Below are positions 12,601 through 26,687 of a stretch of 64,000 nucleotides of DNA, piece after piece. The notes beneath the pieces were generated by a model. It saw only the letters and a list, made by a program, of their open reading frames with translations, had not been told where the DNA came from and made no database searches. The number at the start of each line of letters is the position of its first letter. Within the stretch, counting starts at the first letter, position 1. This DNA comes from Takakia lepidozioides (lineage: Eukaryota; Plantae; Bryophyta). The DNA is taken from positions 59,768,001-59,832,000 of the forward strand of contig CM060734.1 of the NCBI GenBank assembly GCA_030704615.1, in the 5' to 3' direction. The translations under genes were made by a program, and so were the position numbers.

Positions 12601-15600
12601 ATCATTTTCTCTGGAAACTGTTTGTTCCCGCCAGTCAGAGTGCAGGGCTCATAGGTGTACAAATTTCCATGGCTGGATGTCCTTCAGTAAGCTGCTTGTT
12701 GGCACACTATCCAGAAAGTGTTATGGGAAATTATGACCCGAGCATACAGCATTCTTGGTTAAGGGTTGTGTGTCCAGAAGTGTAGGCTTGAAATGCTTCT
12801 ACAAAGATGCCCAAGGGAAATGATTATGGTTTGTGGTAGAAGTGAAATGTGCTCAGTTCTTTAGCCACAAGGGCGTCTCTTGTGCTTGTTCTAATGCACA
12901 TCAATTGCATGTAATGCCTCAGACAAAATAGACGATCCCAACCAGCTGGAAAAGGCAAAGTGTACATCAAGATAAATGAAGATGAGATCGCTGCTGATTA
13001 TCCGCTACCTGCTTATTACAAAGCTGAGGAGCAGGAGACAGATGAGTTCATCCTCTTTGATGACGACAATACTCTTTTGGCTCCAGAGGATCTCCCACGC
13101 CGTATGCTCCACGATTGGGCCCTTTACAACTCGGATTCACGGCTCATCTCTTTGGAACTTCTACCCATGCTTGCAGGTAAACCTTTTCTCAAGGTGGTTA
13201 TGTGCATAGTCTACATGACATTCTACCAGATTAATCTCAAAATCAGAATGATGGCAGCACTCAGCCACATCAGAAATCACCTGCAAAGAGATGTCATTGC
13301 TGGACTTCACTTGCAATGCCTGAGCTTCATCACAGTATAGCACAATAAGAACTCCCCAAATTATAATAGAATCACAGTTGAGAAGTCTAATGTGGCACAC
13401 TTGTAGCTCTTCAATCAACTTCAACCAGGTATATGGACTCCTCAAATCTAGGTCCTTGTGTACCATATCTGAGCTGTTTCATTGCCGTCGTCTCCATGTT
13501 GAGCTGCGGCAACCCTTCCCAACTAGGAAATGCTCCTGTTAAAATTCAGCATTCCATGTCAGAAGAGCATCTTTTTGGTTTATAACAAGAAAAGATATTT
13601 GAGACTGCCACACACTCACAAACTTTGGCACAATGACTTTGTGTGAAGGAACTGAGATGGACGTCGAGATCTTTGGGTCCGGTATGATGACAGAGGATGA
13701 TGGCAGTGGTTTCTGCCTGCATGATGAGGCTGAGAGGGCAGGCGTATCAGCTGCAAGCCATCCAGCTGCTGGAAATGGACCCTCAGGTCATGAAAATGGG
13801 AATATTCAAGAAGAAAACAGGGCACAAGGCATTCGCCTGTACCTCAGTGCAATCAAAGAATGGATGATTGAGTTTGGGGCATCCATGGTGTTCATTTCAA
13901 TTCGCACCGATGGGGCTTGGTACAGGCTCGGCACACCCTCCCAACAGTATGTGCCATGGTATACCCCTGTGGTCAAAACTGCACGCTTGGCCATCAAAAC
14001 TATTGCTATGCTGAAGCATGAACAACGTGTTTCACGGCTGTCTTTTAATGATGTTGTGAAACGGCTGGCTGAGCAATCAAACGATGAACCCACCTTCATC
14101 AATTCAAAAGTTGCAGAAGTGGAGAGGTATGTGGTAGTGCATGGGCAGATTATTCTGCAGCAATTTGCTGAGTATCCAGATGAAACGATTCGGAGGAGTG
14201 CTTTTGTCTCAGGTCTGGTGATCAAGATGGAACAGAAGCATCACACAAAACTCGTGTTTTCCAAAAAAAAGGTGCTTATCAAGAAGGGCCAGAATCTGAA
14301 CCCCCGAGCAGACTTGCAGCCGGATTCAAGGAAACGCAAACCCATGCGTGCCACCACCACCCACCTGGTGAATCGCATTTGGAGTGAGTACTATGCAAAA
14401 TTCAGTTTGACAGGAGAAGGGCTAGAGAAAGTCAACATTAAGGATGAAAATAAGGAACTTGGTCCGAAAACTGAGGAGGCAGAGGCAGAGGCAGAGGAAG
14501 AGGAAGAAGAGAGTGAAGAGGAGGAAGAAGCCCCACTCTCACCTAAGTACTCTCGAAGATCAACTCAACAAATCAGAGCCACCAACACCAAGATGCGGCA
14601 AGAGCTCAAGTGGGTCGGTAAACCAGTAGGAAGGACGCCTGCCAAAGAGCCTGTATATGAAAGGGCTACCTACAATGGCGAATCTATTGTGGCGGGTGGG
14701 GCTGTAGTTGTGAATGTTGAAGAAGAGAGAGAGGGTTCTGAGCAGCTTCCATCATTACTACTGGTCGAATATCTCTACCAGGCATCGGACGGCTCTGCAA
14801 TGCTCCATGGCCGAGTCCTGGAGAGAGGCTCTCAGACTGTTCTAGGAAATGCTGCTAATCCGTCTGAAATCTTTCTCACAGAACTTTGTGCAGATGTCGA
14901 GATGGATGCAGTTAGGGGGAGTGTGGTGGTGGAAATCAAGAAACAACCGTGGGGCTATGTCCACAGGAAGGCAAATGCTGCCATAGACCTGGCAGAGAGA
15001 GAGCATGCCAAAGAGAGGGAGAAGAAAGGGCTTCCAATTGAGTATTTTTGCCGTGCACTGTATGCACCTGACAAAGGTGCATTCTTCAGTCTGCCCAAAA
15101 ATGGTTTCGGAGTTGGAGATGGATCTTGCACGGCTTGCCTTATGAGAGAGGAGTCCAAGGAGAGGTTTAAGACATGCATGCTCCCCCACAATAAGGGATT
15201 CAAACTGGAAGGCGTTGAGTATTGTGAAGGAGATTTTCTTTATCTGGATCCTAGTACATTCGAGCCATTGCAAGACAAAGACGACCCTGTGCAGGGTGAA
15301 AAAATATTCAAGGGTGGTAGAAATAAAGGACTGCGTCCCTTTGCTGTCTGTGAGCTCTTGAGTGTACAGTGCCCGAAGAAGAAGAATGGGATCCCTGCAC
15401 AATTAAGTGTTCGGAGGTTCTATCGACCAGATGACTTTGGACCACACAAGGGATATATTGCTGATATTCATGAGGCAAGTCTCTCTTTTCAACAATGGAA
15501 ATTTTGCAACTATCCCCCCAGTAGTGGCGATTGATGGGAGGCTCCCTTATGCTTTGCTCTCTTAATCTTTTTTCTTGCTTGTTTAAGCTACCCAAGGACT

Positions 15601-18600
15601 GGTTGAACTTTGCTTTATCTCATGATCTGCAATGACTGCCAGTATGCCCACCTCAGCCATGCTTATGAGGGACTATTTTTTATATCCACGCCTCCTCTGG
15701 GATATATTTTAGTACCCAAGTCCATGTCTTGTAGGATGTGTGTTGATCAATGCTGCCTGCAAGTCCTTGGACACGGAGAGCTTCTTCCTACTAACCACTC
15801 CGTCACTGCTGTACCCTGCTTGGGACTGTCCATGTTCAAGAGGTCTCCGTGTTTCACGTATATTTGGAGCAGTGGTGTGCAGTCTGCAGGTCATTGATGG
15901 TTCAGGAAGCTCTCTACTTATGTGACTCCTACCTGCTCGGTGAGCGTTGCTGACAATCTGAGGCGATGCAGGTCTATTATAGCGAGGAGAAGGCAACTGT
16001 GGAGATCAATGCAGTCAGGGGACGGTGTGAAGTGCTGCGCCCAATGCCAGTGCTTGACACAGCAGTCAAGGCCACTGCCAACCATGTCTTCTTCTGCAGT
16101 TGCTTTTGTGATCCTAGCAATGGGACTGTCAAGCAGGTCCTGTATACGGTTCTCCCTGCTCTTCTGTACCTACATTCCCTGGCCTCTTCCTTGGCTAAAG
16201 CTGGTGGCAGGTTGTAGAAATATGGGGTACCTGTACCTTCAATGCATTCTGAATGACTGTAAGAGAAGAAACCTGAGTAGCAGGTAGCTTGCTTGGCAGC
16301 CATTTGCAATGGGTTGAGCCTGTTTCCCTTGCTTCACAATGTTATTATGGACCATGTTCCTGGAGTGGGAAATGACCCTCAGACCCACATGGGTGAATGA
16401 TGGAATCCGGACCATTGCTATCTGTTGCATATTGTTATTTTTCCTGAATTTGTGGACTGGTTGGTGTTGGTGGCTTACATGTGTTCAGTTACCAGCCAAC
16501 ATTAAGCTCGGCAGTCATGCTAGGCTTGCTGAAGGCAATGGCACAGGCCGAGCAGCAGAGCTGGCAGCGAAGGCCAAGGGAAAAGGCAAAGCTGTTGAGA
16601 GTGAGAAGCCTGCAGAAATACTCAATGGTGATGACAGCCATGATGAGCGTCTTGTCACACTTGATATTTTTGCAGGCTGTGGAGGCCTTTCTGAAGGATT
16701 GCAACAATCAGGTATGTGCAGTTATCTTTTCTCTTTGACATTTTGTCATGTTTAGTTGCAAGAGTTCTCCAAACTTGTTCTCTTACAGCATCTCTTTTTG
16801 TCTGACTGCTTTCCACTTGTGAGTGGTGCTCCAGGCGCCACTGTGACGAAATGGGCAATTGAATACGAGTATCCTGCAGCCGAGGCATTCAAGTTGAATC
16901 ATCCACGAGCAGAAGTGTTTTGTGAAAACTGCAACGTCGTCCTCAGGTAGACTTAGCCCTCCCATTGAGGAAGACTGTTTGGATCTACCTCCACCTGCAA
17001 GTAGGTGGTATTATGTTTTGCAAAGTAGACCACCGCCAGTGAGGCCGTGGCAGCCACTTCTTCAAGAGACTGTTTGTAGTCACTACATGGACACTTATTA
17101 ACCCACTGTCATACATCCTGACGTGGAGAGGGAGTTAATCACGAGAACATGAAAATATGGGCTGTTTCATTCAAGTGACAGTTAGCCCAAGTGACAACCT
17201 TATGACTATGTTCGTGTGGGCAGATGTATAATGGAGAGAGGTGGAGATCTGGATGATTGTCTGGCCACAACAGAGGCTGTTGAAATGGGCCTAAAACTCA
17301 GCAATGAGAGGAAGAGCCAGCTACCAAACCCAGGCGAGGTTGACTTCATCAATGGTGGCCCTCCTTGCCAAGTATCCTCACAACCTCTTACACCTTCCAA
17401 TATATTGTCTGCACTCCGTCCTTCAGTTTGGAAGACAGTTCGAGAGGTAGTGGATTGCGGAGTGTTGGAGTATTAAATCACTTACACACTCAGCTCCTGT
17501 GACAATCTCTGGGGAAGACTTCTAGCCAGGAGGCTCTGGTATTCACATTCTGTTTCCAAAATTGCTCTCAATAATGTCAGTTGGAATATGTGAAGTTATT
17601 GGAAGTCCTTGCATTGCAATGTCACACTTTGAGGTGATGTTTGGCAGTTATGTTTAAGATGAATCTGAAACACAAACACACTGGCTGGCTGGGACTGCAG
17701 GGATTCTCAGGAATGAACAGATTCAATACAGGGGCATGGAGCAAAGTGCAATGTGAAATGATACTGGCTTTTCTTTCATATGCCGAGTACTTTCGCCCGC
17801 GCTACTTCTTGCTTGAGAATGTGCGCAACTTTGTGTCATTTAACAAGGGGCAGACCTTCCGCCTCACTCTCGCCACTCTCTTGGAGATGGGCTACCAGGT
17901 ACAGGGTCCAAACAGTTAATTGTTATCTAAGAGAGTCTCTATGATCTTTCCTGTTTCACATGCTTGACAACCACTGTGAAGACTTCCAGTTGCATTTGGT
18001 TTTTTCCATGTCCAGGTGATAGACCTATGACTCTTGAAATCCACACCCTGTAATTCGCGAACTGTTGAACAATCTTGTGGGCTCTAATATGGGTGTATTT
18101 TTGTAGGTCCGGTTTGGTGTACTTCAAGCAGGTAACTACGGAGTTTCTCAGTCACGTAAACGGGCATTTATTTGGGCAGCTGCCCCTGATGAGCGACTGC
18201 CTGAGTGGCCTGAACCGATGCACGTGTTTGCAAGCTCCCAGCTCAAGATTGGGTTGCCTGGAGGCTTGTCGTATGCTGCTGTTCGGGATGCTGGCCAGGG
18301 TGCTCCACTTCGAGCCATAACTGTAAAGGACACAATTTCTGATCTTCCTGCTGTTGAGAATGGTGCCTCCAAAGAAGAGTTAAAGGTGATATTCTCTTCT
18401 TGAGATTTAGGAGAGGCAATTATCATGAGTCATAGGTAATGTTTACCTCTTCTCCACTCACTGGAAGAGTTGGTTATGGGCACAACAATATGGGTCGACA
18501 AAATTTGCAGATGCAAAGTTTTTTAGCTTGAAGGGAGTCTTAGAAGAGAATTCCTTGATTCGAGGATGATTTCGTGCAAGATTTTGTCACCGTCAGCATG

Positions 18601-19932
18601 CTGACTGGGTGGAAACTGTGCAGTATGGCGATCCTCCTGTATCATGGTTCCAGAAGCAGATACGAGGTGAGGAAACCACACTGTACGACCATATTGCCAA
18701 GGAGATGAATGAGCTCAATCTTGAGCGCTGCAAACGCATTCCTAGGCACCCTGGTGCTGATTGGCGTAGTCTTCCCGAGGAGAAGGTAATCTCCTGGACC
18801 AAGTTGCTGGGCACAACTAGAACGTAGAGAATGATCAACTCGAGTGTGTGTAGATTTTAATGTTATCTTTGCTTGAGGTTATCATTCACCCTAGGACCTG
18901 CAACCTCTGCTGATTTGATACTGGTGGAGTAAAAGTTATCTATTCTAATGAAGAACAGGCACTTTACTCTGAAGTATGCTAGTGGGCTTCCTCTCTGATA
19001 ATCAAGTGTTGAATTTGAGGTTTCCCATTGCCTCAGTACTTGAGTTTCAATTTGGAGAGAATAGTTGCTAGGTGAGCACGGCGCTGTAATGGACTGCCAC
19101 GGATGAGTAAGACACTAGTGTTGTAAATCCAGTTGAACAGATGTAGTGCTAATGAATTCAATTTGCTGATGCGGCATGTCTGTACGACAGGTGAAGCTGT
19201 CAACAGGGCAACTGGTTGATCTGATACCCTGGTGTTTACCAAACACGGCAGACCGCCACAACCAATGGAAGGGCTTGTATGGTAGACTGGACTGGCAAGG
19301 CAACTTTCCGACTTCAGTGACTGATCCACAGCCCATGGGCAAAGTGGGCATGTGTTTCCATCCTGAACAGAATCGCATTGTGACCGTCCGTGAGTGCGCA
19401 CGTTCTCAGGTGTGACCTAGTTTTCTTCTCCTCCCCTTCTCTGCTCTCTCCACATCGGGCTCAGGGTATTCGACCACAAGCCTAAAGAAAACGAAAGTGA
19501 AGAGATCCCTCTTGTTTGGTTCACTGTGGCATCGCCTTTAATTCTACCTCTAGGTGCAAGCAAGATGCTCTTGGGTTTGACATAACTGTGGGGCTGACAT
19601 CCTAATGTTTTCACCCAGCTGGGCGGTCTAGAATGTCTCGAGCTTATGGCATGTAATATGCTACAAGTGTCTTGGACAATCGAAAGAGCTCTATTCATGG
19701 ATCGATTTGCAGTCATGATCCAAGAATTTTCAAATGAGGAATTTGTGTGTTTCTGTCCATCTAATTAATAATGTTGCAATGATGGTTGCAGGGATTTCCA
19801 GATAAGTTCAAGTTTTCTGGCAACATACAGTCCAAGCATCGCCAGATTGGCAATGCTGTGCCTCCCCCATTGGCACGCGCCCTCGGCCTAAAGCTGAAGG
19901 AGGCTTTCCAAGCCAAGAAAGGGCAGCCCTAG
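9685..19932 (+). CDS. MET1: DNA (cytosine-5)-methyltransferase 1, maintenance CG methylase (RFTS-RFTS-BAH-BAH-C5 MTase), 13 coding exons
   Basis: Exons traced by splice sites and frame: 9685-9802, 11257-12526, 12923-13176, 13649-15474, 15972-16136, 16489-16711, 16835-16946, 17224-17371, 17701-17898, 18107-18385, 18624-18785, 19191-19409, 19792-19932. Motifs: [13 protein letters not shown] (I), GGPPCQGFSGMN (catalytic Cys), [41 protein letters not shown] signatures [16 protein letters not shown] and [14 protein letters not shown]-like. An in-frame stop lies just upstream of ATG 9685. Confidence 0.96.
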
Positions 19933-21235
19933 GCTGTGCATTTATAGCAGTTTATGTATACTAGTCTGTATTTGTCTTATTACATTCAAACATTGATCCC
20001 CCATCTTGATGGAGAGAGAAACCAATTGACTGTTTCCTGCAAGCAATCTCTTGCAGTCGACTAGTGACCTTGAACTTTGCAGGATAGAGAGAATTGCTTA
20101 GAATCAAACCTGGGTTCTACTTATTTTTAGACTAAGTGAACTGATGACCCTAGTAGGCAATGACATCATCAGATCCTCAGTGGCTTTCCAGATCTTTAAT
20201 GTTACTGGGTAGCAGCAACAAACTGGGTAGCATCAGAAGCCCATGGGTTTTTATCGCAGACCCTAATGCCATCTGTTTCAAATACTTGCAAAGAGCAAGG
20301 CTGGCTGATTGTCTGCCTTTATGAGCTACCCTATATCCCAAGAATTTGCAAGTCCTCAGATGAGATGGTTCTCATTACATTTCAATTCAAAGAGTTCCTC
20401 AATTCTGGTTGATATTAGAGTAAAATTGAACACATGAAACGATCTCAGATATTAGACTTCGTTATGAGTTTTTCTTTTCCTGTCAACCCATCTTTCTTCG
20501 TGTCGCCTGTGTGACACCATGAGTCCATGGTGTAAAATGCGGAGAATCCACATTGGCCTGGAGCAGAGGTTTGACCAGCCGTCGTAGTCAACAGCAGACA
20601 AAGTTCCGCTCCGGTTGACCTTCTATGGTTCCGTTCAGTAGTCGGTACCAACCTCTAAAGAAGGAAGAAAGAAGTTGAGATCAACTTGCTCTCCAGCTTG
20701 CAGTCTGTGTATCCCTCTGTCACAATGTAACTTAGGACCAGCAAATGCAGCTCACTGAAGTCGGCACGTAGCAAGGGATGTTGCATTTTGCAGCAAAGAC
20801 TTTAGCTGGTCCCATTCATTTGTTCCAGAAGATATTTGATCTAATGCCATGCAATGGTATTCGATGTAGCTTTCTCCATGAAGAACTTGGAACCAATGCA
20901 TACTAGGACTGAAATGCTCCCAGATGTTCAAAATCCCTACATGACATGCACAAGGAATGCAGCTTGTGCACTGGTAACCTGGGAGGATATAAGAAAGGAC
21001 CTGCATTCCTAAGAGCAATTTTCTCTAATGCAGAAGAGCAAGTCAAGCACACCCAGAGCCTTAAACAACACATTGTCTAGATATCAAATTGTAACTTGCT
21101 ACTACCACCGAATTTTGTTTAAAACTTCTTATAGCTTTAGATTCAATTCAAGGTCTATACATTGCCAGTGCCCTCTGAATGAAGCTACCTTGGCAACTCA
21201 AGTGCAGTACAAAACAGCCCAGCTCTTGTCTGAGC

Positions 21236-23046
21236 CTAGGCACTGGATGCAGCTTGCTGGTCATCTTCTCGGCCCCACTCAGTGGGCCACCATTTGGGCC
21301 GCATCACTTTCACCGTGACATTTTCCAACTTCTCAACGTGCAATTGTGCACAGTCTTTCAGAGCTGCCTCCAGCCGTAGCAGCCCCAGACCCCTTGGGCC
21401 CAATACTGTGGTGATCTTTCCAACCTTTTTCCCAGTGGATGCATCTGTCACTTCTGCCCCTGGAGTCACTGCTTGCTGTGCCTCTGGTAGAGATGGTCAA
21501 CGGGCAAAAATTACCACCGAGTTCAGTTAAAGGGTTGATAAATGGGACCTTTGAAGGACACGAGGGACTTGGGGACTACAAGAGCAGAAGAGGCGATTCT
21601 GATAGTTTTCTAATGTCTTCACAGAGGGCAGCAGGAGGAAGGGCACAGAGAGGGATATAGTGAGAGAGCTCACCTTCCCCATTCTCTTGCATGAAGTTGA
21701 CAGGTAGAATGCGTTTTCGAATAACGCCGCGGTGATGAGTGCGAGCCACCAGTTCCTGCCCAACATAACAGCCTTTCTCAAAGCTGATGGCATTCAGCCC
21801 TGCCAAATTATACTCTAGTGGAATGGCCTCCCCTGCGCGCACATACAAACCACTCGTGAGTCTCTTGTGCCGAAGAAATATGCATCGTCCAACAAATCAA
21901 AGATTGGAGGGGAACTACCTTTGGGTATCTCTGTGGAGCCTTCAGGGATACCTTGCTCCAGCCTCCATAGCAGATAGTAGTTGTCGTCCACCTCCTCCCC
22001 CGATTCCACAAGTGGTGCTGGAACCAGAATGCAACACAAATGCAAAGCACACAACGTTGAGTATCTCTCCAGGACCTGCACTCGTTTGAGAATCCAGTAC
22101 ACCCATCATACTAAGACACACACCAAAAAGCAATGATGCTTACGAAGACTGTTGTAAGGAAAGAGTCCTCGCATGCCAAGGGTCCCCAGCCTGGGATCTT
22201 TAAACCAGCGCCATGCCCCTGCATTCGCCTCGGCCATTCGGCCAGCATCATCTGTTGACGCACCATATCCGATCGAACCCGCCTCCACAGTACCGGATTC
22301 ATCAGGCTTGTCTACCAGGGAACCCCCAAAGTGCTGCCAAACTGCGATATCTTCGGACACGTCCTGAACGTCTAATTTTGCGCGTAGCCGGTGCCTGTAT
22401 AACCCACCCCACATACCAGTTGGAAAGCTTCGAAGGGTTTGGGACTGATCGACATCACGAGATACGTAGAAACACGAATGGAATGTTGAAAGAGATATAA
22501 AACCCACTTTTTCAGATGAACCAGAAGCTCGTCAATCACTTCTGAGTCCACATCCGCCAGCAATGCAGGCACCTTGTCGCTATATTCTCCAGGGCCAGAT
22601 CCTGACCTATTCAATTTTTCGATAGGACGAATTGGCCGATACAGAAACAGATCGAACAAGAATCTGCCTTGGGGATTGAGCAGGGCTGCATATACGGGTG
22701 GGTGGTAGGTGGCAGGAGAGTTGGGTGTTGGCTGAATTCCTGATGTGGACGGAGGGTCTCCCTCGAACCGGCTCACATCATTGGTCACCCAGCCTTGCAA
22801 GAAATGGAATACATCAGGCCCATCAAAACGTATCACTCCCCTGCTCCTGAGGCGCGCAGAATAAGGACCCTGCGAGGCCAATGGGGTCGGCCCTGAAGTT
22901 GATGACTCCCCCGAAGACCCATGGATTTGAACAACCTGGCTGCTGCATGCTCCCCGTAGAGAGGGCAGCCTAATAGGTGCGTCGAGTTTTCCTTTAAATA
23001 GAGGGTGCGACGCTAGATAGGAAGCTATTTGCCTGCCAGGGGGCAT
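21236..23046 (-). CDS. IBA57: IBA57/CAF17/YgfZ (COG0354) folate-binding Fe-S cluster assembly factor, probably organellar, 5 exons
   Basis: Exons 23046-22508, 22394-22144, 22017-21919, 21832-21674, 21483-21236 with GT-AG introns. Motifs [38 protein letters not shown], and the family signature [26 protein letters not shown]. Confidence 0.93.
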
Positions 23047-23066
23047 GCTGCTCACAGACACGAAGC

Positions 23067-23072
<6 letters not shown>

Positions 23073-23111
<39 letters not shown>
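23073..23111. repeat. (CT)n/(GA)n microsatellite just upstream of the IBA57 start codon
   Basis: About 19 uninterrupted CT units seen directly. Confidence 0.95.
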
Positions 23112-23114
<3 letters not shown>

Positions 23115-23957
23115 GCAGGGTCTTCTCGGCGTCCTCCCTGGATGCAATACCTCTCCTTACAACCCCCTCTAAATCCAACAGACTTCTCCCAAGCTTCGGA
23201 AGGGAATTCCCGGCAACCTTTCTGAGAACTGGTGAGCCCGGCTCAGTCCTCTCCCTTGCTTTCCTCCTCTCTCGCCTGCGCTGGCAGCAGAAGAGCACGC
23301 CACGCAAGCAGGCAGGTGGAAGCTCACATCCATTTCTTAGGAAGAAATGCCATACATTTTTCTTTTTCTTTTTCTTTTTCATATATATATTTATATATAT
23401 AGTGAACAAGGAGAGTCCCTGTTTTTTTTTTTTTTTAAAGGCGTAGGCCAATTAAGTTTATTGGAGGGAAAAAATAAATAAACCCAGAGTGATGCCATGA
23501 GGCAAAAACACATCAATAAGGATGAGGGACCAAAACAAGAGAGACTGCCTGAATGGCAAATAATGTTGTGCCGATAAAGGCCCGTGCGATGGCGATAGTC
23601 GACCATTGTTGACCATATTAGCCCGCCAGGTGATGAATATTGAAAGAGGGACGGGGGCCTCAAAAACCTTATAGATTATGGGGGATATCAAAACTCCCAG
23701 AATTACAACGAGGAAAACATAACCTCAGATTGAGTGCCATAGGGGCTGATTAAAGAAGACACCGCTTCCTAACCACAAACCACGAAGAAGAATGTCAACA
23801 CACATGGAGAAAAGATAGAAGAAGAGGATTTAAAAAATGTCTCAGACATTTACAAGATCATTCTTAGATCCAAAGGACAAATGAGCTTTCGATCTTCCTT
23901 TCCTAAAAGACCTACGATGCCTCCAATCAACCTCCATCCAGAGGGGAGCGTCTAGCA

Positions 23958-24460
23958 CTATTGCAACCGCCAGCTTGCGTTCCACCAAATTCTTGAATCT
24001 GATTTTCTGGTATAGACTCGAGATCCCTTACCCCATGAGATGTCAAATTCTGCAAGAAATTGCGCTCTTCTTATCTGACTACATCTGCAAAAAGCTCCCC
24101 TAAACACCCGCCAAGCCTTTCTTGCTTCAGACATTAAGTGTGAGTGAGTCCTAAACAGAATGGACCTCACACAAATTGTTTGCCATCAAAAGTCCATGCA
24201 CACCAAGCCTTCCAAATATTCCATAGAGTATGTGTTCTCAACGTAGCCCATACCGGACATGTTGATATATTTACTTTTAAACTTTTGTTGGCCCTAGGAA
24301 GGCACGACTATGCAATGGGTTTTCATGTTGAGCACCGATACTTGCAATTAAGCTTCAAAGTAGATCGAGACAGGTGTAACAGGAATATTCTGTCCGTATT
24401 TGTAATGAATGAATTCCCTTGGATGAATAGATTCATGCATGCGTGACAAGTTGTGCTGAC
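23958..24460 (-). pseudogene. Possible LINE ORF2 C-terminal remnant
   Basis: Minus-strand fragment LRTHTLWNIWKAWCAWTFDG resembles the LW.IWK.R...F motif near the end of plant L1 ORF2. Degenerate. Confidence 0.3.
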
Positions 24461-24659
24461 TAGCTGATAGTTTATGCAGCTCGTCAGGTGGCTACCGTGT
24501 GGAAATCTCCTGAGCAATTTAGAAAGAAAATTTCCATAGTGATTCAGAGGGAATGTCGAGGCAAACTTCATCTTCTACATTGCACCGATATTATTGATCT
24601 AGCATGTACATGTACCAGGCTGCCAAGGTCCCTCTCAAGTTTCATGTGAAGTGTTTAAG

Positions 24660-24840
24660 TTGGCTTGCTCTGGACAAGGGGCGGAGGAAAACAATAATTA
24701 TTTGTAAGGCTCCAATCATGTGTGAAAGCATCGGGACTTGTACTACTGCCCTTAACCCAATGTCAAGAATTTGAATTCAGGAAGTTGAGTATTTAAGGGG
24801 TTAGCAAATCTATCTACATGATGGGGACCCCATCTAGATT
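24660..24840 (-). pseudogene. DIRS-associated Dam-like (N6-adenine) methyltransferase domain, frameshifted
   Basis: Manual translation: RWGPHHVDRFANPLNTQLPEF / NS*HWVKGSSTSPDAFTHDWSLTNNYCFPPPLV, matching the DIRS MT pattern D.FA...N.....FNS...DAF..DW......PP. Confidence 0.75.
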
Positions 24841-25292
24841 CGATCAAAACAAAATTATTGGGGGAGACAGAAAGAGTATTGAAGTCTCTAATTTTTGAAA
24901 GGTAATCAGCCCAATTCGTTTTCAGATCTAGGGATCCACTGGCGTTCTAGTCTAATAGAGTGTTTGAAACAAGAAAGAAAACTTGAAACATAAATTATGT
25001 AGATGTAAATGGCGAGAGCCTCCGGACGAAATAATGTGAAAGACGTTTAATGAGTCACCCCTAGCTACTACAGAAGAATGTGAAAGAGGTGACCATGAGC
25101 ATCTAAAAATGAGAAAAGCGCAAATAATTCTAGCTAAGTGGACGAGGTTGAAGCATGAGATTGTTCAAAACTAAAAGACCTGTGAAAATGGAGTGGCTCA
25201 GAATTAGGTGGATCTTGAAACCACGCCCCCCAACCGGTGCAAGTAGAATAATATTCTTTTGCGTGCACTAGGAGGCCAGATTGTAGTGGAGC

Positions 25293-26381
25293 TTAAAATG
25301 TCAAAAAGAGAACCCAAGTGGAGAGTTCAGTCCGAGCCAACTGTGATAAAGTAATGAAACCCTGCCAACCTAATCTAGTCAACAAATCTGCATGGAGGTG
25401 GAAGGTCAATAATCTACAAAGGGGTCCTAGAACTAATGCCATAGAAGATAACATGCCTAGGATGGAAGCTAAAAGTCTAGAAGTGCATCTAGAAAGTTTA
25501 ATAGCATTAATTAATTTATCTCGACGAGATTTTGTAATAGAGAAGCGACCAAAAGGAGCTGAAGTGTCTACAGTGAAACCCAAAAAGTTTGCATGGTGAG
25601 AGCACTGCAATTGACATTCATCCCAGGCCACTAAAACACCAGCTGATCGGAGATCCAAAAAAACCTGATATCTAGTAGAATAAAATTCAGAAGTCGACTG
25701 GCAGGTGAAAAGAAAATCATCTAGGTACGGGATGCACCGGAAGCCGTGAGAACGCCATAAACGAACCATTTCTCTCATGGTTTTTATGAAGACATAACAT
25801 GCGGTAGCTAACCCGAAAGGTAGCGAGCAAAATGTATAGTAGATACCCCTAAATTCAAAACCGAGATAGGTCCAAAAAGCGGGGTGGATGTCAATATGAT
25901 GGTAACTAGACTTAAGATCGAAGGTAAAAATATAGTCGTTGACGTGACAAATGGATTCTAGTGAGGTAATGTGTTCAAAATGGAAGGTCTGTATAAAAAG
26001 AAATGAGTTGAGAACTCTAAGGTCAAGAATCAAACGAAATTTTCCATTGGCCTTGGGCACAACTCCAAGAGGTGTGCAGAAGAAAGGTTTAAGGGGAGAG
26101 ACCACAGCAGCACCAATTGAGACTAAAGCTGCGATTGCTTCCATCACAAAGTAAGAAAATTTAAAAACTGAGGCATGGTTCTTGCCAATCCATGGGTCGA
26201 TAGATGCACCCAGTCGGTTGAGTTTGCTCCCAGCACCTTCTGTCGACTTCAGAAGACCACAGCCTTTGATGCTACGAAATCTAGCCATGTAATTGATAGC
26301 CACAAGAAATCCAAGTGAGGACAAGCATCGAACTGCAAAAAGTTCTCCAGAAAAGGAGAGCGTTCCTGAGGTGGTGAGCAC
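25293..26381 (-). pseudogene. DIRS1-type reverse transcriptase
   Basis: PLGVVPKANGKFRLILDLRVLN, FDLKSSYHHIDIHP, SLPFGLATAC, catalytic YLDD, FLGFTVDT. The downstream RNase H is frameshifted. Confidence 0.88.
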
Positions 26382-26531
26382 TTGTGAGCCTTGAGCTGAA
26401 GATCTAGAATCAAATTCAGACTTAAAAAAAGTTAGATCTGCAGTATATAGATTAAAAACATCATTAGGTGAGGAGGATAGATCTGGATTGTCTAGAAAAG
26501 TTTTTTTTTGTATTTAACTAAGTTCCTCTGA

Positions 26532-26687
26532 TAGTCCATCGATTGACAGTTACACTAGAAAAAGAACTATACAGATACTACGTTAAACACCTACGGTCTT
26601 GTCGGCTGGTAGTCCATCGATCAACAGTTACACTAGAAAAAGAACTATATAGATACTACGTTAAACACCTACGGTCTTGCCGGCTGG
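26532..26687. repeat. Tandem duplication, 2 x 78 bp
   Basis: TAGTCCATCGAT...ACGGTCTTGYCGGCTGG starts at 26532 and again at 26610, with few mismatches. Confidence 0.9.
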
